A stretch of 64,000 bases of DNA from NCBI GenBank assembly GCA_910587025.1, contig CAJUKR010000003.1, forward strand, positions 116 through 64,115, written 5' to 3'. The notes beneath the pieces were generated by a model. That model saw only the letters and a program-made list of their open reading frames with translations, had not been told where the DNA came from and did not search any database. Positions 18,199 through 27,083 of this stretch are shown in pieces (position 1 is the stretch's first letter; every line of letters starts with the position of its first letter). A program made the position numbers and the translations under genes. This DNA is from an uncultured Christensenellaceae bacterium (GTDB lineage: Bacteria > Bacillota > Clostridia > Christensenellales > Pumilibacteraceae).

Positions 18199-20406
18199 AT
18201 GACCGAGATAAAAGGAACAATCGCGGAAATACGTTTCCGCAACGAAGAGAACGGCTATACGATAGCCACGGTGGAAACAGACCTTCAGCCGTTTACGGTA
18301 GTGGGCGTATTTCCGCCGGTGTCGGAGGGGAGTTTCGTTTACTGCTCGGGCAACTTCGTCACGCATCCGAAATTCGGTCGTCAGCTCAAAGCCGATACAG
18401 TGCGGCTCGTACGTCCGGACAGCATGTACGGCATGATACAGTTCCTCGGCAGCGGTATGATAAAAGGAATAGGTTCGAAACGTGCCGAAGCGATCGTATC
18501 GAAGTTCGGCGGCGAGACTTTCGACGTTATCGAAAATCATCCAGAACGGCTTACGAAAGTTTCGGGTATAAGCAACAGAATGGCGAAGGAAATAGCGTCG
18601 TCGTACAACGAAGTCAGGATCGCCGCCGACGCCATGAGTTTTCTTATGGAATACGGCGTTACGAGCGGACTTGCGCTTAAAATCTTCAACGAATACAAAG
18701 ATCACACCGTCGCAATGGTAAGCACGAATCCTTACCGTCTGATCGAGGACGTCAAGGGCATCGGATTTCTTACGGCCGATCGTATGGCGTCCGCGCTCGG
18801 TATAGACAGGAAAAGCGATTTCCGCGTCCGCGCCGGGCTGCTGTATACGCTCGGCGAAAGTTCGGAAAAAAGCGGCAATACGCTTATGACGTACGAAGCG
18901 TTGTGCGAGGAAACGGACAGGTTGCTCGCTCTCGACGACGAGCAGCTCATAAAGAACAATATCGCCGAAATGCTGATCTCGAGAAAGATCCGCGAAGTGG
19001 ATTACGAAGGGGAGCGCGCGATCATGTCCGCCGGGCTTTACCGCGCCGAGTATACGGCGGCAGACAAGCTGTGCCGCATGCTCGAGTCTTCCAACCGCGC
19101 TTTGCCGGATTGCTCGGACGAAATAGCCGAGTTCGAACGTATCGAACGCGTTTCGTTTCATTCCGAGCAGAAGCACGCCATAATATCCGCGCTTGCGAAC
19201 GGCGTATCCGTCATAACCGGAGGTCCCGGCACGGGCAAGACCACCATTGTACGGTGTATACTCGGGATACTGAAAACGCACGGGTTTTCGGTCAAGCTCA
19301 TGGCTCCGACCGGTCGCGCGGCAAAACGCCTGTCCGAATCGACGGGCGCGGACGCGTCAACCGTTCATCGCGCGCTTATGACCGAAAGCAACTGCGAAGA
19401 AGGTGGCGGACTCGGATCGGACGCCGTCGTCATCGACGAGTTTTCCATGGTCGACGTCAATTTGTTGTCCGAGCTTCTGAGCGAACTGCGCGACGATGCG
19501 AAACTCATAATAGTCGGCGACTCCGATCAGCTTCCGAGCGTGGGCGCGGGCAACGCGCTTGCGGATATTATTTCATGCGGAATGATCCCGGTTGCGAAAC
19601 TGACGCGCATATATCGTCAGGACGAAAACGGACGCATTATAGTCAATGCGCATAAGATCAACGCGGGGGAAATGCCCGACCTTCGCGGCGGAAGCGATTT
19701 CTTTTTCATTCGATCCGATACCGCGACGGAGAGCGCCAAACTGACTGTCGATCTCATAACCCGCCGTTTGCCGAAATATCTCGACTGCGACCCGGGCAGG
19801 CTTCAGGTGCTTTGTCCGATGAAGAGCGGCGAAGCCGGCGTGCTCAATCTGAACAGACTGCTCCGCTTCGGATTGCTCGGCGATCCGGACCGTGAAATAG
19901 TGATCGGCGATACGGCGTTCGCGGCGGGAGATAAAGTCATGCACACGGTCAATAATTATAACCTCGAGTGGGTGAGAAATTATTCGTCGGGGACAGGCGT
20001 ATTCAACGGAGATATGGGATTCGTTACCGAAGTGCGCACCGACAGCGGCGAAATACTAGTCGAGTTCGAGGACGGACGGCGGGCGACTTATGCGGGCGAG
20101 GACAGAAATCAGCTCATGCTCGCATACGCCGTGACCGTTCATAAAAGTCAGGGGAGCGAGTACGACGGCGTCGTGATCCCGATAGCCGGCGGACACCCGA
20201 TGATAATGACGCGCAATCTGCTTTATACCGCGATCACCCGTGCGAAAAATCTTGTCGTGCTCGTAGGTACGGAAGAGGGCATATCTCGCATGGTGCGCAA
20301 CAACTATATACGCGAGCGGCAGACTATGCTCGGAAGGTTTATAGTCGAGGTCGGCAGAAAAATGTCGTTGTTGTACGGAAATTTTGATGACGAAAACGCC
20401 CCTTAA
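18199..20406 (+). CDS. recD2: RecD2-type SF1 5'-3' DNA helicase (RecD-like, 735 aa)
   Basis: The N-terminal OB/HhH region starts 'MTEIKGTIAEIRFRNEENGY'. Also present are Walker A 'GGPGTGKTT', 'VIDEFSMVD', 'IIVGDSDQLPSVGAG', and C-terminal 'AYAVTVHKSQGSEY' and 'LLYTAITRAK'. Confidence 0.9.
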   Translation: MTEIKGTIAEIRFRNEENGYTIATVETDLQPFTVVGVFPPVSEGSFVYCSGNFVTHPKFGRQLKADTVRLVRPDSMYGMIQFLGSGMIKGIGSKRAEAIVSKFGGETFDVIENHPERLTKVSGISNRMAKEIASSYNEVRIAADAMSFLMEYGVTSGLALKIFNEYKDHTVAMVSTNPYRLIEDVKGIGFLTADRMASALGIDRKSDFRVRAGLLYTLGESSEKSGNTLMTYEALCEETDRLLALDDEQLIKNNIAEMLISRKIREVDYEGERAIMSAGLYRAEYTAADKLCRMLESSNRALPDCSDEIAEFERIERVSFHSEQKHAIISALANGVSVITGGPGTGKTTIVRCILGILKTHGFSVKLMAPTGRAAKRLSESTGADASTVHRALMTESNCEEGGGLGSDAVVIDEFSMVDVNLLSELLSELRDDAKLIIVGDSDQLPSVGAGNALADIISCGMIPVAKLTRIYRQDENGRIIVNAHKINAGEMPDLRGGSDFFFIRSDTATESAKLTVDLITRRLPKYLDCDPGRLQVLCPMKSGEAGVLNLNRLLRFGLLGDPDREIVIGDTAFAAGDKVMHTVNNYNLEWVRNYSSGTGVFNGDMGFVTEVRTDSGEILVEFEDGRRATYAGEDRNQLMLAYAVTVHKSQGSEYDGVVIPIAGGHPMIMTRNLLYTAITRAKNLVVLVGTEEGISRMVRNNYIRERQTMLGRFIVEVGRKMSLLYGNFDDENAP

Positions 20407-20468
20407 TCGTTTGAGCTTTTCGAGCGTTTGTGATAGAATAAATAATAAGCGCGTAAGAAGGAGAACTT

Positions 20469-22109
20469 ATGACCGATATAGAAATCGCAACCGCGGCGAA
20501 GCCGCTTAAAATAACCGAAGTGGCTGCGGCTCTCGGTATAGGCGAGGACGATCTCGAACTTTACGGTAAGTACAAAGCCAAAGTCACGGGTCGCGGAAGT
20601 AAACGCGGAAAAGCGGTGCTGGTTACCGCGATAAACCCTACGCCCGCGGGCGAGGGTAAGACCACCGTTTCGATCGGTCTTGCCGACGGAATGAAGAAGC
20701 TCGGCAAAAGCGTTTGTCTCGCTCTTCGCGAGCCGTCGCTCGGACCGGTGTTCGGCATAAAGGGCGGTGCGACGGGCGGCGGTTACGCGCAGGTGCTTCC
20801 GATGAAGGACATCAACCTGCATTTCAACGGCGACTTTCACGCCATAGCGGCTGCGAATAATCTGCTGTCCGCGATGATCGATAATCATATATTCCAGGGC
20901 AATGCTTTGAGAATAAAGAACGTTACGTGGCATCGCACGCTCGACGTAAACGACCGCTCTTTGAGAACGGTGACCTGCGGCGTCGGGTATAACGAACGTA
21001 CGGATCATTTCGACATAACGGCGGCAAGCGAGGTCATGGCTGTTTTCTGTCTTGCCCGCGATCTGACCGATCTGAAAGAGCGTCTCGGATGTATCGTCAT
21101 AGGAAGCGACGAGGACGGCAAACCGGTGACCGCGAAAATGCTCAAAGCCGACGAGGCGATGACTATACTTCTCGCGGACGCCGTCAGTCCCAACCTCGTG
21201 CAGACGCTCGAAGGCACGCCCGCGTTCGTGCACGGCGGACCGTTCGCAAATATCGCGCACGGCTGCAACAGTATTATCGCTACGAAAGCGGCGATGAGTT
21301 ACGCCGATTACGTAGTTACCGAAGCGGGTTTCGGCGCCGACCTCGGCGCGGAAAAATTCCTCGACATAAAGTGCCGCGCGGCGGGGATCCAACCGTCCTG
21401 CGTAGTCGTCGTCGCGACCGTTCGCGGACTCAAGTACGGCGGCGGAGTGCCCAAAGCGGAAACGGGAAAACCGAACGTCGAAGCGCTCAGACTCGGCGCG
21501 CCCAATCTTTTCAAACATGTCGAGAATATAACCGAAGTATTCAAACTTCCCTGCGTCGTGGCTATAAATAAATTCGTTACGGATACCGAAGAGGAGATCG
21601 CCTATCTGCGCGAAGAGTGCGCAAAGCGGGGCGCGGAAGTCTGTCTTGCCGATGTATGGAGCAAAGGCGGCGAAGGGGGCAGAGAGCTTGCTTCGGCTGT
21701 CATCGCGCATATGGATGCTTTCGACGGAAAAATGGAGTACGCCTATCCGCTCGAAAAAAGTATCAAAGAAAAACTCGGGCTTATCGCGCGCAAGATCTAC
21801 GGCGCGGAGGGAGTGGACTTTACTCCCGAAGCCGAAGAAACTCTGGAAAAACTCGAGTGCGATCCCGCTTGTCGGAAATTACCCGTGTGCGTTGCGAAAA
21901 CTCAGTATTCGTTGTCCGACGATCAGACTAAGCTCGGACGTCCGAGCGGTTTCCGCATTACCGTACGCGAATTGTATTACCGCGCCGGCGCGGGGTTTAT
22001 TGTCGCCGTTACGGGTAAAATCCTTCTTATGCCCGGACTGGGCAAAGCTCCCGCGGCGGAGGGCATGACTATAGATACCGAAACGGGGGAGATCAAAGGA
22101 CTTTTCTGA
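20469..22109 (+). CDS. fhs: formate--tetrahydrofolate ligase
   Basis: 546 aa with 'TPAGEGKTT', 'REPSLGPVFGIKGGATGGGY' and 'VHGGPFANIAHGCNS'. Confidence 0.97.
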   Translation: MTDIEIATAAKPLKITEVAAALGIGEDDLELYGKYKAKVTGRGSKRGKAVLVTAINPTPAGEGKTTVSIGLADGMKKLGKSVCLALREPSLGPVFGIKGGATGGGYAQVLPMKDINLHFNGDFHAIAAANNLLSAMIDNHIFQGNALRIKNVTWHRTLDVNDRSLRTVTCGVGYNERTDHFDITAASEVMAVFCLARDLTDLKERLGCIVIGSDEDGKPVTAKMLKADEAMTILLADAVSPNLVQTLEGTPAFVHGGPFANIAHGCNSIIATKAAMSYADYVVTEAGFGADLGAEKFLDIKCRAAGIQPSCVVVVATVRGLKYGGGVPKAETGKPNVEALRLGAPNLFKHVENITEVFKLPCVVAINKFVTDTEEEIAYLREECAKRGAEVCLADVWSKGGEGGRELASAVIAHMDAFDGKMEYAYPLEKSIKEKLGLIARKIYGAEGVDFTPEAEETLEKLECDPACRKLPVCVAKTQYSLSDDQTKLGRPSGFRITVRELYYRAGAGFIVAVTGKILLMPGLGKAPAAEGMTIDTETGEIKGLF

Positions 22110-22110
22110 T

Positions 22111-23736
22111 ATGGCAAACTTTATCGAAGAAGTTATAAACGAAGATATAGCAAACGGCAGGACAAAAGAAGTAGTTACCCGTATCCCGCCCGAGCCGAAC
22201 GGATATCTGCATATCGGTCACGCGAAGAGCGTTTATATCAATTATTATATGACGGCGCAAGCGTACGGCGGAAAATGTCATTTGCGTTTCGACGATACGA
22301 ATCCGGCGAAAGAGGACGACGAATATGTTAATGCCATAATCCGCGACGTCGAATGGCTGGGTTGGCAGGGCGAGATAACTTATGCGTCCGATTATTTCGA
22401 AAAGACGTACGAGTGCGCGAAACTCATAATAAAAAAAGGGCTTGCTTACGTCGACGATACGCCCGCCGAACTCATGCGCGAAATGCGCGGCACGCTCACC
22501 GAAGCGGGTAAAGAAAGCGCGTGCCGAAACCGCAGCGTCGAAGAAAATCTCCGCCTGTTCGAAGAAATGCGCGCGGGCAAGTATGCCGACGGCGAACTCG
22601 TTCTCCGTGCTAAGATAGATATGGCTTCGCCGAATATAAATATGCGCGATCCCGTTATATACAAGGTGCTGCATACGCCGCATTACCGTCAGGGCAACAA
22701 GTGGTGCATATATCCGCTTTACGATTTCGCGCATCCGATTCAGGACGCGATAGAGGGTATTACTCATTCTCTGTGCAGTCTGGAATTTGAAAATCACAGA
22801 CCGCTTTACGAATGGGTCGTGGATAATCTGAAAGAATTTTTCCCGAATCCGCCCAAGCAGCGCGAGTTCGCACGATTGAATATCGAGCGTACTATAATGA
22901 GCAAACGGTATCTCAAACGGCTTGTGGACGAAGGCAAAGTGGATGGGTGGGACGACCCGAGAATGCCGACGATATGCGGGCTTCGCCGTCGCGGTTATAC
23001 TCCGTCTTCCATTCTGAAATTCGTAAGCGAGGCGGGGATAGCAAAGGCGGACAGCGAGTGCTCTCCCGAACAGCTCGAGGCATGCATAAGAAGCGAGCTG
23101 AACGATACCGCGCCGCGCGCCATGGCGGTGCTGTCGCCCGTGCGGCTGACGATAACAAACCGTCCCGACGGCTGGAGAGAAGAAAGCGAAACGGAAATAA
23201 ATCCTTCCGATCCGTCCGCGGGAAAGCGTAAGATCGCCGTAGGTAAGCATTTATATATAGAAGAAGGCGATTTTGCCGTCGTTCCTCCGCCCAAGTATAA
23301 GCGGCTCACTCCGGGCGCGTACGTGCGTCTCAAAGGCTCGTATATCGTAAAATGCACCGGATACGAAACGGACGAAATCGGTAAACCGCACGTGCTGTGC
23401 GAACTTATCGAAGGCACTGCGGGATCGGACGTCGAGGGCGTCAAAGCCAAGGGCGTCATTCATTGGGTGAACGCCGACGACTGCGTGGACTTCGAAGCGC
23501 GGTTCTACGATCATCTTCTTTTGCCTTACGACGGCGTGCACGAGGATTTCGCCGACAGAATGAATCCCGAATCTCTCGTCGTGTATGCGGCGAAGGGCGA
23601 AAAGATACTCGGCGAAGCGGAGAAAGGAAGTTCGTTCCAGTTCGTACGTACAGGGTATTTCGTCCGCGACGTAAAATCGGAAGCACTCGTATACAACCGC
23701 ATAGTCGGACTTAAGGACGGCTATAAAACGAAATGA
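22111..23736 (+). CDS. glnS: glutamine--tRNA ligase
   Basis: 541 aa with HIGH 'PNGYLHIGHAKS' and the KMSKS-type 'IMSKRYL'. Starts 1 nt after the fhs stop. Confidence 0.96.
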   Translation: MANFIEEVINEDIANGRTKEVVTRIPPEPNGYLHIGHAKSVYINYYMTAQAYGGKCHLRFDDTNPAKEDDEYVNAIIRDVEWLGWQGEITYASDYFEKTYECAKLIIKKGLAYVDDTPAELMREMRGTLTEAGKESACRNRSVEENLRLFEEMRAGKYADGELVLRAKIDMASPNINMRDPVIYKVLHTPHYRQGNKWCIYPLYDFAHPIQDAIEGITHSLCSLEFENHRPLYEWVVDNLKEFFPNPPKQREFARLNIERTIMSKRYLKRLVDEGKVDGWDDPRMPTICGLRRRGYTPSSILKFVSEAGIAKADSECSPEQLEACIRSELNDTAPRAMAVLSPVRLTITNRPDGWREESETEINPSDPSAGKRKIAVGKHLYIEEGDFAVVPPPKYKRLTPGAYVRLKGSYIVKCTGYETDEIGKPHVLCELIEGTAGSDVEGVKAKGVIHWVNADDCVDFEARFYDHLLLPYDGVHEDFADRMNPESLVVYAAKGEKILGEAEKGSSFQFVRTGYFVRDVKSEALVYNRIVGLKDGYKTK

Positions 23737-24365
23737 AATACGCGAACGTAATATTCGATATGGACGGCGTTCTCATCGACAACAGCGCGGGCATAATGCA
23801 CAGCGTTCGTTACGCTCTCGGTCGGCTCGGCGTTGCCGTACCCGACGAAACCGTCTTGCGGAAATTCATCGGCCCCGCGCTCGTATGGTCGCTTAAAACG
23901 TATTGTCATCTGAGCGAAGCCGACGCGGAACGCGGACTGAAGATATACCGCGAGATGTATTCCGCCGAAGGGATAAATATGTATCGGCTATACGACGGTG
24001 TTTACGATACCGTAAAAACGCTTGCGATCGGCGGAGTACGCCTGTCGGTCGCGAGCGGCAAACCTCAGATATTCCTTGACAAAATCCTCGAAACGTCGGG
24101 GATGAGCAGATTTTTCGAGAGGACGGCGGGCGTCGATTTTACGGAAAAGGAATCGAGCAAAGCCGCTCAGATACACCGCGCGCTTATTTCGCGTCCCGCG
24201 CTCATGGTCGGCGACCGAATATTCGATATCGACTGCGCGCGCGGCGAAGACGTCGATTGCGCGTTCGCAAAATACGGCTTCGGCGACGAAAGCGATTATG
24301 CGGAACATAAGCCGCGATATTTCATAGATCAACCGAGCGACCTGCTCGGCATAGTGTTCGGTTGA
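23733..24365 (+). CDS. HAD-IA family hydrolase (phosphoglycolate-phosphatase-like)
   Basis: 210 aa with motif I 'VIFDMDGVLIDN', motif II 'SVASGK' and motif IV 'VGDRIFDI'. It shares an ATGA overlap with glnS. Confidence 0.85.
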   Translation: MKYANVIFDMDGVLIDNSAGIMHSVRYALGRLGVAVPDETVLRKFIGPALVWSLKTYCHLSEADAERGLKIYREMYSAEGINMYRLYDGVYDTVKTLAIGGVRLSVASGKPQIFLDKILETSGMSRFFERTAGVDFTEKESSKAAQIHRALISRPALMVGDRIFDIDCARGEDVDCAFAKYGFGDESDYAEHKPRYFIDQPSDLLGIVFG

Positions 24366-24406
24366 TTACGAAAAGTATATAATTTTTTACAGGACATAAG
24401 AAAGCA

Positions 24407-26197
24407 ATGAAAAAGATCAATGCTGCGCAACTGCGCCAAATGTGGTTCGACTTTTACAAGTCCAAGGGACATGCTCTCATAGGATCGGCGTCCCTTATCC
24501 CCGAGAACGATCCGACCGTACTGTTTACGACGGCGGGAATGCACCCGCTCGTTCCGTATCTTCTCGGTCAGAAACACCCTCAGGGCACGCGTCTTGCGGA
24601 CGTACAGAAATGCGTCCGTACGGGCGACATCGAAGAAGTGGGCGACGCGTCGCACCTTACATTCTTCGAGATGCTCGGGAACTGGTCGCTCGGCGATTAT
24701 TTCAAAAAGGAAATGATCTCGTGGAGTTACGAATTTCTGACGAGCGAAAAATATCTCGGTATCGATCCCGAAAAACTTTCGGTTACCGTTTTCGCTGGTG
24801 ACGACGATTGTCCGCGCGACGACGAGTCTGCGACGTACTGGGAGAATGCCGGTATACCTCGCAAACGCATATTCTTCCTTCCCAAAGAGCATAACTGGTG
24901 GGGACCCGCCGGTCTTACCGGACCGTGCGGACCGGACACGGAAATGTTCGTCGATACCGGTAAGCCCGCATGTTCGCCCGAGTGTTCTCCCGCGTGTTCG
25001 TGCGGCAAGTATCTCGAGGTCTGGAACGACGTATTTATGCAGTACAACAAGACTGCGGAAGGAACGTTCGAGCCGCTCAGACAGAAGAACGTCGATACCG
25101 GTATGGGGCTCGAGCGCACCATAAAGACGTTACAGGGTGTCGGAAGCGTATACGAAACGGATTTGTTCGCGCCGATCATCTCGAAGATAGAAGAACTTAC
25201 GGGTACGAAATACGGATCGGACGAAGCGACGACAAAGGCGATAAGAGTTATTGCCGATCATATCCGCACCGCCGTCATGATAATAGGCGACGACCGCGGC
25301 GTGCTTTGTTCGAACGTGGATCAGGGATATATTCTCCGCCGTTTGCTCCGCCGCGCGGTCAGATTCATCAAACAGCTCGGCGGCGAAAAAGGTCTGCTGT
25401 CCAAAGTCGCGGAAGTGATCATAAACGAGTATAAGGAAGTATATCCCGAGCTCGACCGCAATTCGGCGCGCGTGCTCGGAGAGATCGACGCCGAAGAAGA
25501 GCGTTTCGAAAAGACCATTACGTCGGGTATGAAAAAATTTACTGCAATACGCGATCATCTCGTCGGCGATACGATCGCGGGAAATACGGCGTTCAAGCTG
25601 TACGACACTTACGGTTTCCCGATCGAAATGACCGTCGAGCTTGCGCGCGAAGCAGGGCTTAATGTGGATATGGACGGGTTCGACGCCGCATACGAAGCAC
25701 ATACGGCGAAGAGCCGCGCAGGCGCGGAACAGAAGTTCAAGTGCGGTCTTGCCGATCACGGCGAACAGACGGTCAAACTTCATACCGCGACGCATCTTTT
25801 GCATGCCGCGCTCAAGAGGACGCTCGGAGACTCCGACATATCGCAGAAGGGAAGCAACATAACCGAAGAGCGACTTCGTTTCGACTTCAACTTCCCGCGT
25901 CCGCTTTCTCCCGAAGAGATAAAGAGCGTGGAAGCCGCGGTGAACGAGGCGATAGAAGCGAAGGTCGACGTCGCATGCGAGGAGATGACTTTGGACGAAG
26001 CCAAGGCGGCGGGAGCGGAAGCCCACTTCGACAGCAAGTACGGCGAGCGCGTCAAGGTATATACGATCGGAAAATATTCCAAAGAAGTTTGCGGCGGTCC
26101 TCACGTCGCGAATACGGGCGAACTCGGACATTTCCGCATAACGAAAGAACAGAGCTCGAGCGCCGGTATACGCAGGATCAAAGCGATTCTCGAATAA
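24407..26197 (+). CDS. alaS: alanine--tRNA ligase, short form (596 aa) lacking the C-Ala domain
   Basis: Contains 'FTTAGMHPLVPYLLG', 'FEMLGNWSLGDYFK', 'LEVWNDVFMQYN' and 'VDTGMGLERT', plus the editing-core zinc motifs 'HTATHLLH' and 'CGGPHV'. The ORF ends at 'GIRRIKAILE'. Confidence 0.9.
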   Translation: MKKINAAQLRQMWFDFYKSKGHALIGSASLIPENDPTVLFTTAGMHPLVPYLLGQKHPQGTRLADVQKCVRTGDIEEVGDASHLTFFEMLGNWSLGDYFKKEMISWSYEFLTSEKYLGIDPEKLSVTVFAGDDDCPRDDESATYWENAGIPRKRIFFLPKEHNWWGPAGLTGPCGPDTEMFVDTGKPACSPECSPACSCGKYLEVWNDVFMQYNKTAEGTFEPLRQKNVDTGMGLERTIKTLQGVGSVYETDLFAPIISKIEELTGTKYGSDEATTKAIRVIADHIRTAVMIIGDDRGVLCSNVDQGYILRRLLRRAVRFIKQLGGEKGLLSKVAEVIINEYKEVYPELDRNSARVLGEIDAEEERFEKTITSGMKKFTAIRDHLVGDTIAGNTAFKLYDTYGFPIEMTVELAREAGLNVDMDGFDAAYEAHTAKSRAGAEQKFKCGLADHGEQTVKLHTATHLLHAALKRTLGDSDISQKGSNITEERLRFDFNFPRPLSPEEIKSVEAAVNEAIEAKVDVACEEMTLDEAKAAGAEAHFDSKYGERVKVYTIGKYSKEVCGGPHVANTGELGHFRITKEQSSSAGIRRIKAILE

Positions 26198-26220
26198 TAG
26201 CGATAAGATACGGAATGTAA

Positions 26221-26249
26221 CCGTGCACGGAAACGTGCGCGGTTTTTTT
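26221..26249 (+). terminator. intrinsic terminator after alaS
   Basis: CCGTGCACG-GAAA-CGTGCGCGG followed by a T7 run. Confidence 0.8.
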
Positions 26250-26311
26250 ATTTTCCTTATCTTTATGGAAATTATTTGCATCGAAAAAGCTCGAATTATG
26301 AAATCAAACGC

Positions 26312-26341
26312 TTGACACGGGGGGGGTAAAAATGCTATCAT
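26312..26341 (+). promoter_or_regulatory. promoter of the LytTR/kinase operon with a G8 tract in the spacer
   Basis: TTGACA (26312-26317), then C, G8 (26319-26326) and TAAAAATGC, then TATCAT (26336-26341). The spacer is 18 nt and TCAAACG precedes the -35 box. Confidence 0.55.
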
Positions 26342-26371
26342 ATTTTCGTATACAGATTGATAGGGGAGGAA

Positions 26372-27082
26372 ATGGTTTTGTTCAGGGCTTGTGTGGTCGA
26401 AGACGACGGCGAAGCGCGGGATCGGCTTTGCTCTTATTTACGAAAATACGGCGAAATGCGAAAACTCGAATTTACCGTGACGTGTTTTTCGGACGCATTG
26501 GATTTTCTCGACGGATTTTTCGGTAATTTCGATTTCATATTCATGGATATATGTCTGCCGCACTTAAACGGCATGGATGCCATAAAGCGTATCCGTGAAA
26601 AAGATAAAAACGTAATCGTCATTTTCGTGACGAATATGGTGCAGTACGCCGTAAAAGGCTATGAGGTAGGCGCGCTCGACTTTATCGTCAAGCCCGTACG
26701 CTTCGACGGATTCTGCATGAAAATGGACAGAGCGACGGAGCGGTTCCGTGCGACGCAGGACAAAGAGATATGGATAACCGACCGCAACAATAAGCGTCGG
26801 TTGCTCGTGTCCGCGATAAAGTACGTCGAGGTTCTGCACCATACCGTCGTATATCATACGGTCGAAGGCGATTACACTACATACGATCAGTTGAATAATG
26901 TTCGTAATGCGCTTGCGGAAGCGCCTTTTGCGCTTTGCAACAGGTGCTTCCTCGTCAATCTGCAATACGTTACCGCCATTGAAGAGTTTTCGGTCACCGT
27001 TGCCGGAGAAAAACTTCAGATATCGAGAAACAGGAAAAAAGATTTCCTGAAGAGTCTGAACGAGTATCTGGGAGGGAAGTGA
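26372..27082 (+). CDS. LytTR-family (LytR/AlgR/AgrA-like) response regulator
   Basis: Receiver domain 'VVEDDGEA...FMDICLPHLNGMD...TNMVQYAVKGYEVGALDFIVKP' with a C-terminal LytTR domain 'IKYVEVLHHTVVYHTVEGDY...'. The start could be ATG 26372 or TTG 26378. Confidence 0.9.
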   Translation: MVLFRACVVEDDGEARDRLCSYLRKYGEMRKLEFTVTCFSDALDFLDGFFGNFDFIFMDICLPHLNGMDAIKRIREKDKNVIVIFVTNMVQYAVKGYEVGALDFIVKPVRFDGFCMKMDRATERFRATQDKEIWITDRNNKRRLLVSAIKYVEVLHHTVVYHTVEGDYTTYDQLNNVRNALAEAPFALCNRCFLVNLQYVTAIEEFSVTVAGEKLQISRNRKKDFLKSLNEYLGGK

Positions 27083-27083
27083 T

